Assembly (NCBI GenBank): GCA_963728205.1
Contig: CAVSIV010000001.1
Span: forward strand, 1,120,001 to 1,184,000
Origin: an uncultured Chloroflexia bacterium
GTDB lineage: Bacteria; Chloroflexota; Dehalococcoidia; UBA2979
Length of the DNA: 64,000 nt
Reading direction: 5' to 3'
This document shows, piece after piece, positions 61,302 through 64,000 of the stretch (the stretch's first letter is position 1; every line of letters begins with the position of its first letter). The notes beneath the pieces were generated by a model, which saw only the letters and a program-made list of their open reading frames with translations, had not been told where the DNA came from and made no database searches. The position numbers and the translations under genes are program-made.

Positions 61302-62291
61302 ATGACACAGACACAGGAACTGGTGCTCACCAGCCTCGGTGAGCTCGCACGGGTCCGCGACCGCTTCGCCGACGCGCGGGTGCCCGACGCGATGGCGCTC
61401 GTGCCCGTGGTCGCGGCCAGCGGTCCGGAGGAGATCGCCGCGCTCGCGCGCTCCGCGCGGCGCGCGCTCGATGAACTCGAGGCGCTCGTCGCGAGCGACC
61501 GCCAACGTCGGCGCGAGGCCGAGCAGTGCCTCGCGCGCTGGCAGAGGCTGCGCGACGAGAGCGCGCGCGTCCGCGGCATCGCGGAGGAGATGCGCGCCGC
61601 GGCCGAGCGGGCCACCGGTCTCGGCACGGCTGCGCTGGACGACGCAGCCCGCCGGGCCGCGGAGGGCGTCGCCGCCACGGCGGGTCGCCTCGCGACGCAG
61701 GCCGAGGTGCACGCCGAGACGCTCGCGAGCGAGGCCGACCGCCTCGCCGAGCGCGACGACGTGAGCAGGCTCCTCGCGGAGGAGCGGACGAAGGAGGTGG
61801 AGACGGAGCTGCGTGAGCGGCTGGCGCTGGCCGGGACATACCTGGACGGCGGCAGATACAACGAGGCCCGGCGACTGCTGGATTCTCTTGGCGGACAACT
61901 CAGCAGCGTGCCGGACCTCGAACGAACGTTCGAAACGCTACGACGGCGCGACGAGGCCGTCAAGGTTCGGACCGCCGAGCTGGCGCTGCGCGAGGCGCGG
62001 CGCTGCCACCGGCGCGAACCCGCGCGCGCGCTCGACCTCATCGAGCCGCTCGCGCTCGACGAGCTGCCCGACGAACTCGCCCGTCACCTCTACGGGCTCT
62101 GGCTCACCGCCTGCCGGCGGCTGGGCCTGATCGCGGCGGTTCACTACCGCGCCGGCTTCGGCCGGGGCGCGGTGCTGGTTCCCGCGTCCGACGGCCGCTG
62201 GGAGGTCGTCTCCGCCGTCGGGCTGCGCGGCTGGCAGCGCGGCGGACGCTTCGCGCCCCAGGCATTGCGGGGCGCACGCCCGCTCGCCTGA
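61302..62291 (+). CDS. Hypothetical coiled-coil protein
   Basis: AAGGAAGGG RBS, MTQTQELV; long helical region then small beta domain. Confidence 0.7.
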   Translation: MTQTQELVLTSLGELARVRDRFADARVPDAMALVPVVAASGPEEIAALARSARRALDELEALVASDRQRRREAEQCLARWQRLRDESARVRGIAEEMRAAAERATGLGTAALDDAARRAAEGVAATAGRLATQAEVHAETLASEADRLAERDDVSRLLAEERTKEVETELRERLALAGTYLDGGRYNEARRLLDSLGGQLSSVPDLERTFETLRRRDEAVKVRTAELALREARRCHRREPARALDLIEPLALDELPDELARHLYGLWLTACRRLGLIAAVHYRAGFGRGAVLVPASDGRWEVVSAVGLRGWQRGGRFAPQALRGARPLA

Positions 62292-62307
62292 ACCCATCGA
62301 GACATCC

Positions 62308-62419
62308 GCGCAGACCTGTCCTCTTCGGGGCCGCCTTCGGGCGGCCCCGACATCGTCGCGCCCGAAATCGGGGGTGACGCGCGCCCGCATCCGGGCGCGC
62401 CGAGGCAAGCAGGTTGCGC
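62308..62419 (+). ncRNA. Candidate four-way-junction structured RNA or ssDNA element
   Basis: Closing stem plus three hairpins, one with an 11-bp stem and C(UUCG)G loop. Confidence 0.5.
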
Positions 62420-62436
62420 AGTGAACGGAGAAAGAC

Positions 62437-62754
62437 ATGTTCGACGAGAAGAGTCGCTTCGGAGCGGCGGCGGTGGGCGTGTGGGAGCGCTCGCACCGCG
62501 AGTACGCGGGCTGGCCGCCCGCCGAACAGGCGGTCGCACGGGCCGCCATTGAGTCGCTGTCCGCGCAGCTGGCGGAGTGCGCCGATGAGCACGGGCTGCA
62601 CGAGCAGTACTGGGCCTTCGGGGATCCGCTGGGACAGGTGCTGCAGGCGCAGCTCCCGCCGGGGTTCGACCCCGAGCGGCTGCTCACGCTCGAGGAGGCG
62701 TGCCTCTGGCTGCGCCTGCTCGAGCTGCGGGGGACGCCGCCCTGTTCGACGTAG
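62437..62754 (+). CDS. Hypothetical protein
   Basis: GGAGA RBS; protein-like ORF overlapping primase start. Confidence 0.6.
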   Translation: MFDEKSRFGAAAVGVWERSHREYAGWPPAEQAVARAAIESLSAQLAECADEHGLHEQYWAFGDPLGQVLQAQLPPGFDPERLLTLEEACLWLRLLELRGTPPCST

Positions 62755-63801
62755 CCGCAATCCGCGCCCAGCACCCGATCGCCGAGACGGTGCGCGGCGC
62801 CGGCATCGAGCTCACGCGGAGCGGGCGGCGCCTGCTGGGGCGCTGCCCGTTCCACGCCGACCGCGATCCGAGCTTCGTCGTCTACGCGGACACGAGCAGC
62901 TGGTTCTGCTTCGGCTGCAACGCCGGCGGCGACGTCATCGACTTCGTCGGCCGGCTGCGGGGCACGCCGTTTCGGGAGACGGCGGAGCGGCTCGCGACGA
63001 GCGCGCCCGCGCCGCCCGCGAACGTTGCGCCCCTCCGTCCGCGCCGAGCGCCGCCGGCGCTCGACGCGTGCGCGCTCGCGGTCGTCGAAGCCGCGACGGC
63101 GTACTACGAGCTGGCGCCGGCCGACCGTGCCGCGTGGTCGTACCTCCGCGCTCGCGGAATCGACGTGGCGACCGCGCGCCGGCACCGGCTCGGCTACGCA
63201 CGGGGCGGGCTCGCACGCCATCTCCACGACCGCGGCCTGAGCCAGGACGTGGCGCGGCAGCTCGGGCTGCTCTCCCGCGACCGCGACGCCCTGGCCGGAC
63301 GGCTCGTGGTGCCGAACCTCGACCGCCGCGGACGGGCGCGCTGGCTGACCGCTCGCGCGCTCGGCGCGGGCGAGCCGCGCTACCTCAACCTGCGCGCGCC
63401 GGTGCCGCTGCTCGGCCTGGCGCGCACGCGCGGCGTGGCGCCGCGCGGTCGTCGTCACCGAGGGACCGTTCGACTGGCTCACGGCCAGCGGCTGGGGCCT
63501 CCACAGCCTGGCGCTCCTCGGGACGCACGTCTCGCTCGACGCGCTCGCGGCGCTCCGCTCCTTCCGGCGCGTCTACGTCGCGCTCGACGCCGACGAGGCC
63601 GGCCGCCAGGCGGCCGCGCGCATCGCGGGCGAGCTGGGCGAGCGGGCGGTGGTCGTGACGCTCCCACCCGGGGCGCACGACCTGAGCGAGCTCGGAACGC
63701 GGCGCGATGGCCGCGCGGCGTTTCTCCGCTCGCTCTACCGCGCACGCGCACGGAGGCAGGGATCGTGGTCGAGATCCGCGGGCAGCGCCCGCGCCGCCTG
63801 A
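62742..63801 (+). CDS. DNA primase (CHC2 + TOPRIM), copy 2, frameshift near 63435; start reads CTG
   Basis: Manual translation: GRCPFHADRDPSF...[15 protein letters not shown]; VTEGPFDWL; LDADEAG; DLSEL. Confidence 0.82.
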
Positions 63802-64000
63802 GCCGCGCCGCCCTCGAGGCGCTGCGGCAGCCGCTCGCGCCGGAGCTCGTCTCCGAGCGCACCACCGACGACGGCGAGGTCCTCCGCTACCTGGAGGGCT
63901 GGCGCGTCATCGAGCAGGCCAACGCGATCTTCGGCCACGACCGCTGGGGCGTGGAGCTCGTGGGCGAGGTCGCCTACCGCGCCGTCCCCGCGGCCGGCCG
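63765..64000 (+). CDS. Rad52/Rad22-family single-strand annealing protein (truncated by window end)
   Basis: GGAGG RBS, GTG; manual translation LRQPLAPELVSER...YLEGWRVIEQANAIFGHDRWG. Confidence 0.8.
   Translation, partial: MVEIRGQRPRRLSRAALEALRQPLAPELVSERTTDDGEVLRYLEGWRVIEQANAIFGHDRWGVELVGEVAYRAVPAAG

Larger units (their letters stand above)
22100..64000. mobile_element. ssrA-integrated integrative conjugative element (right end outside window)
   Basis: Serine recombinase abutting ssrA 3' end, excisionase, relaxase, VirD4, VirB4, PrgI, pilin, VirB6-like, Tad operon, primases, Rad52-like; no attR copy seen. Confidence 0.88.

Noticed and set aside
62308-62419. tRNA gene or simple terminator
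   Set aside because: No T-loop GTTCRA, no 7-nt anticodon loop or CCA, and no U-tract after the hairpins
22125-64000. attR copy of the tmRNA 3' end
   Set aside because: Not seen by eye; the element appears to continue past the window
62742-64000. Prophage
   Set aside because: Primase and Rad52-like genes occur without any capsid, terminase, portal or tail genes

Overview
High-GC bacterial chromosome segment, most consistent with Chloroflexota/Dehalococcoidia (inferred from gene content, not verified). Positions 1-22.1 kb are housekeeping: dapL, hflX, queD, korAB, bcp, an S41 protease, smpB and the tmRNA gene ssrA, with a REP-like palindrome family. From the ssrA 3' end (22124) to beyond the window end lies an integrative conjugative element (ICE). 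It carries a large serine recombinase whose ORF runs through the att site into antisense ssrA, an excisionase, a tandem Replic_Relax relaxase, VirD4, a primase, VirB4, PrgI, a pilin, a lytic transglycosylase and a VirB6-like protein. Next come an AT-richer cargo block (LuxR regulators, IS21 relic, secreted metalloprotease, relic virB4 copy, TA relic) and a monoderm Tad/Flp pilus operon ending in a transmembrane LysM-BTAD protein. A second BTAD regulator and a rightward operon with a second primase and a Rad52-like annealase follow. The strongest novel signal is a set of ~11-bp-phased direct-repeat sites (coding strand GCGATCTTGGA), each followed by GAC-N10-(T/G)AnnnT, in front of four ICE transcription units. 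This looks like a SARP/BTAD-type regulon linking Tad pilus, conjugation and replication genes, possibly switched by the LysM-BTAD membrane sensor. A four-way-junction structured element sits upstream of the primase/Rad52 genes. Many ICE genes are frameshifted, either from sequencing error or decay. All calls are by eye, with no database searches.
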